From the NCBI GenBank assembly GCA_041663025.1, contig JBAZRE010000002.1, positions 27,703 through 91,702 of the forward strand: a stretch of 64,000 bases of DNA. The letters run 5' to 3'. Of this stretch, positions 36,093-45,410 are shown in pieces. The notes beneath the pieces were generated by a model. The model did not search any database and was not told where the DNA came from. It saw only the letters and a program-made list of their open reading frames with translations. The first letter of the stretch is position 1, and the number at the start of each line of letters is the position of its first letter. The stretch comes from Minisyncoccota bacterium (GTDB taxonomy: Bacteria > Patescibacteriota > Minisyncoccia > Phycocordibacterales > Phycocordibacteraceae). A program made the translations under genes and the position numbers.

Positions 36093-37660
36093 TAATGTAT
36101 CTCTATTGGGAGATCGTCTAACGGTAGGACAGCGCCCTTTGAAGGCGTGAATCGGGGTTCGATTCCCTGTCTCCCAGCCCGAATAAAACTTGGGTCAGAT
36201 TCTGAAAAATTTTCCCGCGCGGCGCAGAGCGCCGCGTATGGTGGAGAAGGGATTTCTCGGACTTCTTTGTTATGCAAGTGCAGGTTCGAGCCGAAGAGTT
36301 TTTGGAGGGGGGATTTTTTGGAGGGGGTATCTTCTGATTTTGCTATTTCGTCCAGCATTGACGCCTCTTTTACCCATTCTCGCATCGGTTCGAGCCAGTG
36401 TCCGGCGTTCGCTTCAAGACGAGCCGTTTGCTCCTCGACCGACTTCTTCTCCAACACAAGAACGCGACGGCGCGCGAGGTAGTCCTCGCGCTCGATGTCT
36501 TGGGCGATATAGAGGTCGGTCAGGCGGTCGAGCTTGCGGGAAATGTCGTGGATTTTGTCCCGCAATTCTTGAACGAACGCCGCGGTCTGGAGAGACGAGG
36601 TATTTTCGTCTTCTGCTATCAACCTTTCAAATTCTGTCTGCCACGCCGAAGGCATCGCGTAGTTTCGGATTAACTCATCCAGTTGAGGTATTAGCGCTTC
36701 TTCTCGAACATACGGCTGGGAGCATGCACCTTTCTTTTTCGTACAGCGATAATAAACATAATGATGAGCGTTGCCGTTTTGCTGGTGCTTCGTCTTTTCT
36801 TCAGCCGTAATACCCATACCGCACTCGCCACAACGCAAAAGCCCACAGAGATCCTTTGGCTCGTTCTGGGCTTTCATCGGATGACCGCGTTCGACAATGA
36901 CTCGTTGCACTTTGTCGAATAGTCGCTTTTCAACGATGGGCGTATGTCGCCCTTCGCGTATTTCGCCGCCGTATGTAAAGAGGCCAACATAGAATGCATT
37001 GGTGAGAATGAACCTCACTCGGTCTTTGTGAAAATGGAGACCGCCAAAACTTCGCACTCCATTTTCATACATAAAATTAGAAATATCTTCAAGCCGCGAA
37101 TTACCTTTTGCATATAACTCGAACGCGGAGCGAATCACTTTTGACTTCTTGCGGTCAATAACAATAGTCTTCGCGCGTACATCATTCAAATAGCCGACAG
37201 GCGCAGTACTTGGGAATTCGCCACGCTTCACTTTGGCGCGCAAACCTCGCTTCACATTGGAACTCAAATCGCGAATAAACTGATTCGCCATGCCGAACTC
37301 TACCGACATCATCAACACATTGTCGCTCGGATAATGACTTCGGTCGTGCGTGCGAATATGCTGGATAATATTTTCTTGCAACAGCCAGCTTATCTGCCCG
37401 CCGTCCACCGGATTACGCGACAAGCGATCGAGCTTCCAACACACGATGCCCTGTGCCTCGCCCTTATGTATCCGCTTCAGCATTTCATTGAACACCGGAC
37501 GGCCGGGCATTTTCGCGCTCCGCTTCTCCACGAACTCCGCGACGACTTCTAACCTCTCGCTTTTGGCGAGCGCTCGTAATTCGGACAACTGCGCCTCAAT
37601 GGACAAAACTTGTTTGTCCTCAACATCGGTAGATTTTCGTGCGTAGAGAAAATAGCGCAT
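36020..37660 (-). CDS. large serine recombinase (resolvase catalytic domain + recombinase domain + zinc ribbon + coiled coil)
   Basis: N-terminal YARKSTDVEDKQVLSIEAQ with catalytic Ser, GIVCWKLDRLSRN, Cys cluster CGECG..C..C, and a long coiled-coil. The last roughly 100 codons read through repeat X and antisense tRNA-Gln, so the functional stop is uncertain. Confidence 0.75.
   Translation of the reverse strand: MRYFLYARKSTDVEDKQVLSIEAQLSELRALAKSERLEVVAEFVEKRSAKMPGRPVFNEMLKRIHKGEAQGIVCWKLDRLSRNPVDGGQISWLLQENIIQHIRTHDRSHYPSDNVLMMSVEFGMANQFIRDLSSNVKRGLRAKVKRGEFPSTAPVGYLNDVRAKTIVIDRKKSKVIRSAFELYAKGNSRLEDISNFMYENGVRSFGGLHFHKDRVRFILTNAFYVGLFTYGGEIREGRHTPIVEKRLFDKVQRVIVERGHPMKAQNEPKDLCGLLRCGECGMGITAEEKTKHQQNGNAHHYVYYRCTKKKGACSQPYVREEALIPQLDELIRNYAMPSAWQTEFERLIAEDENTSSLQTAAFVQELRDKIHDISRKLDRLTDLYIAQDIEREDYLARRRVLVLEKKSVEEQTARLEANAGHWLEPMREWVKEASMLDEIAKSEDTPSKKSPLQKLFGSNLHLHNKEVREIPSPPYAALCAARENFSESDPSFIRAGRQGIEPRFTPSKGAVLPLDDLPIEIHYHLVAFSGKSSKIANSSGSTGMGA
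36107..36177 (+). tRNA. tRNA-Gln (anticodon TTG)
   Basis: Acceptor TGGGAGA/TCTCCCA, D-arm GTCT/GGAC, anticodon stem GCGCC/GGCGT with loop CTTTGAA, T-loop GGTTCGATTCC. The 3' end abuts island repeat X. Confidence 0.8.
36178..36311. repeat. island repeat X (attL arm); identical in inverse orientation to 39303-39388, diverged further out
   Basis: 36178-36262 is the exact reverse complement of 39303-39388. Weaker similarity continues to about 36311 versus 39245. Confidence 0.8.
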
Positions 37661-37674
37661 AGGAGTATTATACA

Positions 37675-39159
37675 ATGACCATGAACATAGGACGGAACGA
37701 AAAATGCCCATGTGGAAGTGGTTTGAAATATAAAAAATGCCATATGGGAAAAGAACAAGATATGGGTAAAAATACCAAAAGATATCGTCATTTTTCGGGC
37801 GTTGTTTTCGATGGCTCTGGAGCCAATCTTTCGCTCTACGAAAAAAATATGACTTTGGTCGAAGCGATCATCGATATCTTTGGATTTACGGAAGGGCGAG
37901 ATTTAAGTGATATCAAGAGAACAGTCTCTCGCGAGCATGTAGCGGAATTGCATAAATTGGTGGCATGGCTTTGGCCACCTGATACGGACGTGACGAAATT
38001 TCTACCAGCCCCATCCAATAATTTGAGAGCACTCTATATGGGAAATATGCGGCCTCAAACAATTTTGAGAAGTGTCGGGAGATATTCGTTGTACTGCGAC
38101 GAAATACTGGTAATGGATCCTTTCATGAATCCATGGTTCATAGCACCTGACTACAATCCCATAATGCACCCAGAGGAGTACGTCTCTAATACATGGAAAT
38201 GGGTGTTATTTATTATCCAACTTGCACCATGGATATACGATAAACAGGTATTGTTGCTTCCAAACCCTCTCGACTTCGACTCGTCGTTGCGGAAAGAAAT
38301 GTGGGCTAGTGCGGAGAAACGATTAAATCCACAAAAGAACGATTTGCTGAAATTCCTCGAACAAGACGATTCCATGGGAGAAACTGCAAAAGAGGAATTT
38401 AAACGAACATGGATGTCTATTCCTGAATATGCACAACGAAAGAAAATAAAAGAGTTTGACAATAAAATGACGGAAGAAGAGGTCGATGGAATGATTAAGT
38501 ATATAGACAAAATGAAGGAAGAAGATCCTTACTTCGTGACAAATCCAAACGAAAAAGGAGGATTTGGTATCAGCACCCATACAATGGGCGGGAACTTGGA
38601 GCAGGGTTTATATATTTCTCAGCTAACCGGAGCTCATTTATACACAGATTTTGAATTTAGGTGGAGAGAGATTTTATCAGCTCAAACAGATACATCAGAA
38701 AAAAGCCCATGGAGTCCCATTGCGTATGGCTTCCAAAATCTCGATTTCAAATTTTTGGACGGCACAGATTTGAAATTCGTCCATAAAATAAAAGCAGACG
38801 GAAGATTGTCTAATTTGCGGAATTTCCTCCGAAAGACATGGAAAGAAGTATCAGCAGACGAGACACCAAATTATGAGAAGGCAAACAAACTTGCTTTGGA
38901 ATTTGCAGACGAACTGAAGGAACAGTATTCAAAAGCAGAGTCTGAATGGGAAGGTATAGACACAGATTTAACAAAATGGCTCTTGAGTAGAAGTGGGCTC
39001 GGGACCCTCGTTGCTACTGGAGGTGTAAATTGGACGATCCCCGCACTCGGCTTTGCAATGGAAGGCGTAAATCAGCTACTTACAGCACGGCATGAACGAA
39101 AGAATTTCAGGAAAAATGTACCACTTTCGGTCTTTGTTGATTTAAAAAAGAGAAAGTAA
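37675..39159 (+). CDS. SEC-C-motif protein of unknown function (494 aa)
   Basis: N-terminal CPCGSGLKYKKCH is a SEC-C zinc-binding motif. The rest has no recognised family. AT-rich gene, divergent from the recombinase with overlapping starts. Confidence 0.55.
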   Translation: MTMNIGRNEKCPCGSGLKYKKCHMGKEQDMGKNTKRYRHFSGVVFDGSGANLSLYEKNMTLVEAIIDIFGFTEGRDLSDIKRTVSREHVAELHKLVAWLWPPDTDVTKFLPAPSNNLRALYMGNMRPQTILRSVGRYSLYCDEILVMDPFMNPWFIAPDYNPIMHPEEYVSNTWKWVLFIIQLAPWIYDKQVLLLPNPLDFDSSLRKEMWASAEKRLNPQKNDLLKFLEQDDSMGETAKEEFKRTWMSIPEYAQRKKIKEFDNKMTEEEVDGMIKYIDKMKEEDPYFVTNPNEKGGFGISTHTMGGNLEQGLYISQLTGAHLYTDFEFRWREILSAQTDTSEKSPWSPIAYGFQNLDFKFLDGTDLKFVHKIKADGRLSNLRNFLRKTWKEVSADETPNYEKANKLALEFADELKEQYSKAESEWEGIDTDLTKWLLSRSGLGTLVATGGVNWTIPALGFAMEGVNQLLTARHERKNFRKNVPLSVFVDLKKRK

Positions 39160-39189
39160 AGGGAGCTTTGCTGATTAGAACTTTTCAGC

Positions 39190-39227
39190 GAAGGGGCTGG
39201 TGCGCGCACGGGTGGGAGGGGCAAGCA
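39190..39227. repeat. direct repeat DR1 (gaagggNctNNtgcgcgcacgggtgggagGGGCAAGCA)
   Basis: Matches 45423-45492 (DR2) apart from a 26-bp hairpin insertion in DR2. Confidence 0.6.
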
Positions 39228-39244
39228 CACTACGGGCGAGTTTG

Positions 39245-39554
39245 TGTTGTATTACCCCCTCCAAAAACTCTTCGGCTTCTGAATTTTGAACCTGCATTGC
39301 AAGTCAGAGAAATCCCTTCTCCACCATACGCGGCGCTCTGCGCCGCGCGGGAAAATTTTTCAGAATCTGACCCAAGTTTTATTCGGGCTACATTATACGA
39401 CCAAGTCCGAACTTTTTTCCAGCGCGCCCAATGATTACTCGCCCGCTCGCAGACTCGCGGGCTCGCCGCCGCGGACGGCGGCCCCTCGCTCCTGCCGCTC
39501 TCTATGCTTTGTTTTTTGGCGGGGGATGTCTTTGGAAAAGGAATGGAGCGGCAG
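39245..39554. repeat. internal inverted att-like block X'Y (reverse complement of Y'+X)
   Basis: 39245-39388 is the reverse complement of X, and 39387-39554 is the exact reverse complement of 45953-46120. The junction shares only AGC with both outer sites. Confidence 0.75.
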
Positions 39555-39611
39555 GGCGAGGGTCGATTTTGGGTAAATAGCCCTATTGCCCCTTATGTTA
39601 TTATTTCTTAT

Positions 39612-40451
39612 ATGCCCACGACGAACATAATTCGCGCTCTAGTAAACCTCGCGACAGCGAGAAATTTTGATCTCCCGGATGGTCCACAAGGGGCAAACCG
39701 AATTACAACCGTGGGTGCTCCGTTGGAATGCTTCATCAGAGATGCTTTTTGTAATTCCGCGCAAATTACGGATTTGCGCGAAAAAGAAACCGCCCATCGG
39801 GAGCATTTGTCATATCTCGGAAATTCAAAAAATCCGCCGGATTTTGTCATAAGAGCGGGCGATGCCGTAGAAGTTAAGAAAATCGAAAATCCGCTGTCAG
39901 GAATCGCGCTCAATAGTTCTTATCCTAAAGACCATATATACGTCGACGACCCGATGCTCTCCGCGGGATGCCGAGACTGTGAAGAAGGATGGCAACAGAA
40001 GGATTTAATTTATGCCATTGGAGTGGTTTCTGAAAATACAATCCAGTCCCTGCTATTCGTTTATGGAGATTGTTATGCAGCTAATCGCGAAGTATACGAA
40101 AGAATAAAGCAAAGAATTATCGCTGGGGTTGCACAATCGGAAGAAGTTGAATTCTCGGACACGAACGAACTTGCAAGGGTCAATCAAGTTGACCCGTTAG
40201 GCATTACTTATTTGCGAGTGCGAGGAATGTGGGGAATAGAAAATCCGCGCCGCGTTTTTGCTGACCTTAATTTCAATTCAAGAGAAGGTAGACCACTTGT
40301 TGCAACAATAATGCTCAGGTCAAAGTTTGAAAGTTTTCCTACCGAGGATAGGAATGCTCTAGCACAAGCTGCGGATAGGATTGAAGACATACAGATACGA
40401 AACCCTAACAACCCGGCACAGATGCTTGATGCAAAACTCATCGTCTTATGA
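39612..40451 (+). CDS. putative Type II restriction endonuclease (PD-(D/E)xK)
   Basis: NPPDFVIRAGDAVEVKK is a PD..x10..EVK catalytic motif. Overlaps the downstream C5-MTase by 4 nt. Start trimmed to ATG 39612. Confidence 0.55.
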   Translation: MPTTNIIRALVNLATARNFDLPDGPQGANRITTVGAPLECFIRDAFCNSAQITDLREKETAHREHLSYLGNSKNPPDFVIRAGDAVEVKKIENPLSGIALNSSYPKDHIYVDDPMLSAGCRDCEEGWQQKDLIYAIGVVSENTIQSLLFVYGDCYAANREVYERIKQRIIAGVAQSEEVEFSDTNELARVNQVDPLGITYLRVRGMWGIENPRRVFADLNFNSREGRPLVATIMLRSKFESFPTEDRNALAQAADRIEDIQIRNPNNPAQMLDAKLIVL

Positions 40452-41497
40452 AAATCATTTCTCTTTTTACTGGTGCTGGCGGACTTGATCTTGGGTTCAA
40501 GAAAGCTGGTTTTGACATTGTATGGGCAAATGAATACGACCCGGTAATTTGGGATACTTTTGAATCAAATTTCCCAGAGACGATACTAGATCGGAGAAGC
40601 ATAACTGACATACCTGCATCTGATGTTCCTGACGCATTTGGAATGATAGGCGGACCCCCGTGTCAGAGTTGGAGCGAAGCTGGAGCTGGTCGTGGAATTA
40701 ATGACAAGCGAGGTCAATTATTCTTTGAATACATCCGCCTCATTAAAGAAAAGCAACCGCTATTTTTTCTAGCCGAAAATGTTTCAGGCATTCTTTTTCC
40801 GCAACATGAAAAAGCATTTAGTACGATACTCAAGCAATTTAGCGATGTTGGCTACAATGTTAAATATCAACTATTGAATGCCAATGACTACGAGGTTCCT
40901 CAAGACCGCTTGCGCGTTATCGTAATCGGATATAGAAAAGACCTCGGTATTAGTTTTGAATTTCCAGAACCGCAACCCAAACGCCTTACTTTGCGCGATG
41001 CAATTTTTGATCTCCGCAACGCAAAACAAGCAAAAGAATTCAACAAGACAAACGGCGATGCACTTGAAATTCCAAATCACGAATATATGAATGGCGGTTT
41101 TTCAACGATTTATATGTCACGCAACCGAGTTCGTTCATGGGACGAACCGTCTTTCACTATTCAAGCCGGCGGTCGTCATGCTCCAATCCATCCGCAAGCG
41201 CCAAAAATGAAGTTCGTCTCGCAAAATGTGAGAATATTCGTTCCGGGTAAAGAAAAACTCTATCGCCGTTTATCAGTTCGCGAATGTGCACGGATACAAA
41301 CATTTCCTGACAACTTCATTTTCAAGTATAGAGATGTCGCAGACGGCTACAAGATGATAGGCAATGCAGTACCGGTCGAATTTGCTCATCACATTGGCAA
41401 AAAGATATATGCGGACCTTATTGCTGTAGGCAAGGTTCCTAGTCCTTACGACAAATTGTTCAAGGACAAGAAAACTCAAAATGTTCATCTACAATGA
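40448..41497 (+). CDS. dcm: DNA (cytosine-5)-methyltransferase
   Basis: Motif I FTGAGGLDLGF, motif IV GGPPCQSWS, motif VI ENV, and C-terminal GN(A/S)VPV-like motif. Confidence 0.9.
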   Translation: MKIISLFTGAGGLDLGFKKAGFDIVWANEYDPVIWDTFESNFPETILDRRSITDIPASDVPDAFGMIGGPPCQSWSEAGAGRGINDKRGQLFFEYIRLIKEKQPLFFLAENVSGILFPQHEKAFSTILKQFSDVGYNVKYQLLNANDYEVPQDRLRVIVIGYRKDLGISFEFPEPQPKRLTLRDAIFDLRNAKQAKEFNKTNGDALEIPNHEYMNGGFSTIYMSRNRVRSWDEPSFTIQAGGRHAPIHPQAPKMKFVSQNVRIFVPGKEKLYRRLSVRECARIQTFPDNFIFKYRDVADGYKMIGNAVPVEFAHHIGKKIYADLIAVGKVPSPYDKLFKDKKTQNVHLQ

Positions 41498-41527
41498 GAG
41501 AAAAACTAGTCTAATTAACTAGACCAT

Positions 41528-43162
41528 ATGTATATATCACACGCGAAAATTTCTAATTTCAGGGCTCTACAAGAGGTAGATGTTCCTCTTAATAAATGCT
41601 CGATTCTACTCGGAGAAAATGATGTGGGGAAAACATCTTTTCTCTTGGCACTTGACCGATTTTTTGCAAACAAGAAGATTTCAGACGAGGAAGATTTCTT
41701 TAATCGGGATACTTCGGCGGATATAACTTTAACGCTTACTTTCTCTGATTTACCTACAGACCCAACACTAGATTCAATTCAAAAAGCAGACGGGACGATT
41801 ACAGTTCGAAAAACCTTTTCATTTAATGAGACACCCGATACCAAAGCAATTATGGACGATTCTTCCACAAAGGCTGTGGACAAGTCGATTCTAAACGACT
41901 TACTATCAAGCGACGCGTTCCACTTCATTCCCGTGCGCAGAGATCTCAGTGTTCAATTTTCGATGACAAAAACTTCACTTCTAGGGAAAACTTTACGGGT
42001 ACGAATGCACGAAGCAATTAAAAATAATGACGCCGACCAATCTTTAGGGAAAGTTGAACAATTGCTTGTCGAAGCGATTAAGGGACCGCAGGAAGAATTA
42101 CAGGCTTTTTTAAGAGAGCAAATGCACAACGAAGACATGCGTCTCGTTTTCGACGCGCTAAATGTTGACCCAATAGAGGGGGTTTCGTTTAAAGTGAAAC
42201 TGGGCGATGACAAGATTGAAGATATTCTTGTGGAAAATCGCGGTGCCGGAACACAAAACAACCTAATAATCGCCTTATTCAGGCTCGTTGCTGGTCTTCA
42301 TGTTGAAGGAAAACTAATCTTTGCTATGGAAGAGCCAGAGAACAGTCTTCATCCTAAAGCACAAAGGCAACTATTTTCAGTACTCCAAGAAGTCAGCGAA
42401 AAATCTCAAGTCATTATTACTACTCACTCGCCAGTCTTTCTAGAAAGGAGCAGTTTTGAAAATAACATTATCCTTACCCGAACGGCAAAAGGAAATACTG
42501 TGGCTAAAGTATTTGACCATACACAACTAGAGGAGCTTAGAACAGATTTGGGTATCCGTCCTTCTGATGCTCTCCTTAAGGGTGGAGGTAATTGCGCAAT
42601 TCTTGTAGAAGGCAATACTGAGGAGGAGGCATATCCAATCTTTATGGAAATGCTTGGTCTAAGCGAATTCAAGCTGGGAATTGCGATAGTTAATATGCGC
42701 GGTAGCGATACTTCATTGGTTAGTAACACTGCTCGATTGCTAGGAGCATATGATATCCCGTGTGTGGTAGTACTAGATCAAGATGCCAAAGCAACTGCTG
42801 ATGATATCGTACGCGAAAGTAATGCTGGTCTTAAAAATGTTAAGAAAGTCTTTTGCTTAACCCAAGGAACAATGGAGGACTACTATCCTTTAGATATAGT
42901 GGCTGAAGTTATCAATCAAAGTTTTAATCCGACTCAGGCAGTAGTAGTTGCTGATTTTGATGATTCAAAACACGGTGCGGATAGGCTTAGTGACTTTAAG
43001 AAAGTTATGTACGAGAAAGGATTGGGTAAATCGCTAGGATACCTCAAAAGATTAATAGGTTCGAACGGTACTAAAATTATGAAAGAGAAAGGATTACCCG
43101 TGCCCGAAGAACTGGCGGGAGTGTTTGCAGAGGTAGTCAAGATTGTAAATGAAGGAGTTTAG
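41528..43162 (+). CDS. OLD-family / PARIS-like ATP-dependent nuclease (ABC-type ATPase + TOPRIM)
   Basis: Walker A GENDVGKTS, Walker B/D-loop VIITTHSP after EPENSLHP, C-terminal TOPRIM (ILVEGNTEE..VVVLDQDAKA). AT-rich. Confidence 0.7.
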   Translation: MYISHAKISNFRALQEVDVPLNKCSILLGENDVGKTSFLLALDRFFANKKISDEEDFFNRDTSADITLTLTFSDLPTDPTLDSIQKADGTITVRKTFSFNETPDTKAIMDDSSTKAVDKSILNDLLSSDAFHFIPVRRDLSVQFSMTKTSLLGKTLRVRMHEAIKNNDADQSLGKVEQLLVEAIKGPQEELQAFLREQMHNEDMRLVFDALNVDPIEGVSFKVKLGDDKIEDILVENRGAGTQNNLIIALFRLVAGLHVEGKLIFAMEEPENSLHPKAQRQLFSVLQEVSEKSQVIITTHSPVFLERSSFENNIILTRTAKGNTVAKVFDHTQLEELRTDLGIRPSDALLKGGGNCAILVEGNTEEEAYPIFMEMLGLSEFKLGIAIVNMRGSDTSLVSNTARLLGAYDIPCVVVLDQDAKATADDIVRESNAGLKNVKKVFCLTQGTMEDYYPLDIVAEVINQSFNPTQAVVVADFDDSKHGADRLSDFKKVMYEKGLGKSLGYLKRLIGSNGTKIMKEKGLPVPEELAGVFAEVVKIVNEGV

Positions 43163-43180
43163 TAAAGTGGTCAGCCCGAT

Positions 43181-43474
43181 ATGAACTACCCTATCTTCAT
43201 CATCGTCGCTCTAGCTGGAATCGCTCTCGGGATGTATCTCGCACGGCGAGGTAAGAGCGATTTAATTTCTGAACAAGAGAAACGGAAAACCGAGAATAAG
43301 AAAAAGATTCTTGAATTTGTGCAGGCAAACGGAAAAATACAGAACAACGATGTGGAAAAACTAGCCAGAGTATCCAACGCAACCGCCGAGCGGTATTTGG
43401 ACGAGCTAGAAAAGGAGGGGAAACTGGTACAGCACGGCGACATTGGTCAAGGCGTTTTCTATAGCGCAAAATAA
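43181..43474 (+). CDS. membrane-anchored DeoR-like winged-HTH protein
   Basis: N-terminal TM (IFIIVALAGIALGMYL). C-terminal DVEKLARVSNATAERYLDELEKEGKLV matches the DeoR/HTH_11 pattern (VS..TirRdL..Le..G.l). Confidence 0.5.
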   Translation: MNYPIFIIVALAGIALGMYLARRGKSDLISEQEKRKTENKKKILEFVQANGKIQNNDVEKLARVSNATAERYLDELEKEGKLVQHGDIGQGVFYSAK

Positions 43475-43502
43475 GCACATTTTTGACGAATAACTCAACG
43501 GG

Positions 43503-43838
43503 TTGAGTTATTCGTACAGCCAGTCATCAACCTGCTATGCTAGGGTAATGTATCCGAAACTGACATCAGAGGAATTTCAGGCCCTTCTACTGTATAAGAG
43601 GGATTTCTTAGATTTATACGACATCAAAACGATTCCCCTTTATAGGCAAGTAGCTACCGGCTTACATCACCTCGCTGTATCCAAATCGATTGGAGGATAT
43701 GTGAATTGGAGAACGCACGAATGGAACGAAGTGAAAAAGAATATACAAGAAGCGACAATTCACTATTTGAAGGCGTGTTTGTATGACCCGAAATATCTCT
43801 CCTTCTCGGCAACTCGCGAAGCTTTCGGGTTGAGTTAA
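43503..43838 (+). CDS. hypothetical protein (111 aa)
   Basis: ORF preceded by a palindromic terminator-like hairpin (gacgaataactcaac-ggg-ttgagttattcgtac). No family recognised. Confidence 0.35.
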   Translation: MSYSYSQSSTCYARVMYPKLTSEEFQALLLYKRDFLDLYDIKTIPLYRQVATGLHHLAVSKSIGGYVNWRTHEWNEVKKNIQEATIHYLKACLYDPKYLSFSATREAFGLS

Positions 43839-43841
43839 TCG

Positions 43842-44780
43842 CTAGGGCCAGCAAACATCAGGCGTTTCGCCTATGTCTGATTCAAGCTTCTGCCAGACCT
43901 CTGCCTTCGTGCCGAGTTGATCAATAAGCCCATTACGGAGCGCCATCGCGCCGAGCATCGTGGAGCCGTCTGCGAGCGCGGTCACTTTCGCGACCGAAAG
44001 ATTGCGATTCGTCGCCACGGCATTGATGAAATTCTGGTGGAGAATGTCGAGATCGCGCTGTATCAGTGAACGCTCGGTCGCGGTCAGTGGCTTGTCGGAG
44101 CTTCCCATATCTTTATACAGACCCGCTGTAAGTTGGTTGTAGGTCAGACCGTCTTTCAAGTTCTGTTTTGCATTATCAACATACGAGGTCGTAACCCCGA
44201 TGCCACCGACATCTGAATTTTCTGAAGCGATAATGGTGTCGGCCGCACTCGCGATCCAGTATGCGGCTGAATCGGCGCTCTCGCGCACCCATGCGATGGA
44301 GGGCTTACCGAAATTCTTCACCGCGCTGGCTATCTCGTCGGCGGCAACTGGAGAACCGCCGCCTGAATCGATTTCAAGAACGAGTGCTTTAATCTGCGAA
44401 TTGCTCGACGCCTCTTCAATCGCCCAAATGACATCTTCAGATGAAGTGATAGTGTCGCAGTAGTTCAGGCCATCGCTGGGCGGATTATTTTCAGCATCGG
44501 GTTTATACGTGGCGATGCAGTCCCGTATCTCGATACCAATCGCGTTACAATTTTCATCAATGCCTCCGGTGTCTGAAGATTCCGAATCATACGTACTGTC
44601 ATCTGAACCTGTGGGGATAGCGTAGATAATTAAAAATCCCGCGACTGTTGCAACAGTCATGAGTAAGAATATTGAAACAAGAAGACCGACACTCGTAAAT
44701 CGTGATTCAAGCCATGTGAATGGCCACACGAGACCAGAAAAGAATTCCTTTATCTTGGCATAGGCATTCTTGTCAATCAT
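43842..44780 (-). CDS. S49-family (SppA-like) serine peptidase, membrane-anchored
   Basis: N-terminal TM. DSGGGSPVAADE..SAADTIIASENSDVGGIGV resembles the SppA/ClpP-fold catalytic region. Confidence 0.55.
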   Translation of the reverse strand: MIDKNAYAKIKEFFSGLVWPFTWLESRFTSVGLLVSIFLLMTVATVAGFLIIYAIPTGSDDSTYDSESSDTGGIDENCNAIGIEIRDCIATYKPDAENNPPSDGLNYCDTITSSEDVIWAIEEASSNSQIKALVLEIDSGGGSPVAADEIASAVKNFGKPSIAWVRESADSAAYWIASAADTIIASENSDVGGIGVTTSYVDNAKQNLKDGLTYNQLTAGLYKDMGSSDKPLTATERSLIQRDLDILHQNFINAVATNRNLSVAKVTALADGSTMLGAMALRNGLIDQLGTKAEVWQKLESDIGETPDVCWP

Positions 44781-44821
44781 TGTTTCGAGTATAGCACTCG
44801 CGTTTAGGTTAGAATAAAAGC

Positions 44822-45331
44822 ATGCCTGAAGAAACTACACCTCAAGTCCCTGAACCTGCGACAGAGCCGACCGTGCCTCCACAGGAGACGCCGCCTGCTC
44901 AAGCGCCTGAAGCCGTCCCAAGCGAGCTGACAGTCGAAGTTTCTCCACCCGTAGAGGTCCAAACGGATCAGCCCCCAACCCAAACGGGTCAAATACCACC
45001 AAATGACCCGTTGCCTCCGGAAAGTGAACCGATTGAACCCGCCCCCGAGCCGCCGTCTGCGGCGGCTCCAGCACAAACCGGCATCCTGCACTCCGCTCGC
45101 GATCTCCTGAACAAAGCCCGCATCTCAATTCAAGACCGCAAGCGCAAGAAGCGAGATAAAATCATGGAAGCACTGACGAAGAAAACCAAAATCACCAACG
45201 ACGAAGTTGAAAAACTCCTGCATGTTTCGGATTCAACAGCGGAGCGGTATCTCTCGGTGCTTGTGAAAGAAGGAAAAATTAAACAAGACAGAAGAACCGG
45301 GGCGGGCGTAAGTTATTCAAGAGCGCCCTAA
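44822..45331 (+). CDS. Pro-rich protein with C-terminal DeoR-like winged HTH (paralog of 43181 C-terminus)
   Basis: C-terminus KITNDEVEKLLHVSDSTAERYLSVLVKEGKIKQ parallels 43181..43474. N-terminal 100 aa are PxxP-rich and low complexity. Confidence 0.5.
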   Translation: MPEETTPQVPEPATEPTVPPQETPPAQAPEAVPSELTVEVSPPVEVQTDQPPTQTGQIPPNDPLPPESEPIEPAPEPPSAAAPAQTGILHSARDLLNKARISIQDRKRKKRDKIMEALTKKTKITNDEVEKLLHVSDSTAERYLSVLVKEGKIKQDRRTGAGVSYSRAP

Positions 45332-45338
45332 AATTTTT

Positions 45339-45410
45339 GCCCTCGTAAGCTAACGGATAAACTGCCTCGATTCTAGCGAGGACTTGGGAGTTCGAATCTT
45401 CCCGAGGGCG
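45339..45410 (+). tRNA. tRNA-Arg (anticodon TCT)
   Basis: Acceptor GCCCTCG/CGAGGGC, anticodon stem CCTCG/CGAGG with loop ATTCTAG, T-loop GTTCGAATC. No encoded CCA. Lies inside the island. Confidence 0.8.

Noticed and set aside
39168-39434. 88-aa + ORF across the internal att-like block
   Set aside because: Its translation mirrors the recombinase tail because it reads the inverted repeat X'. Most likely a repeat-derived frame, though it is mentioned in the findings as the alternative recombinase C-terminus.
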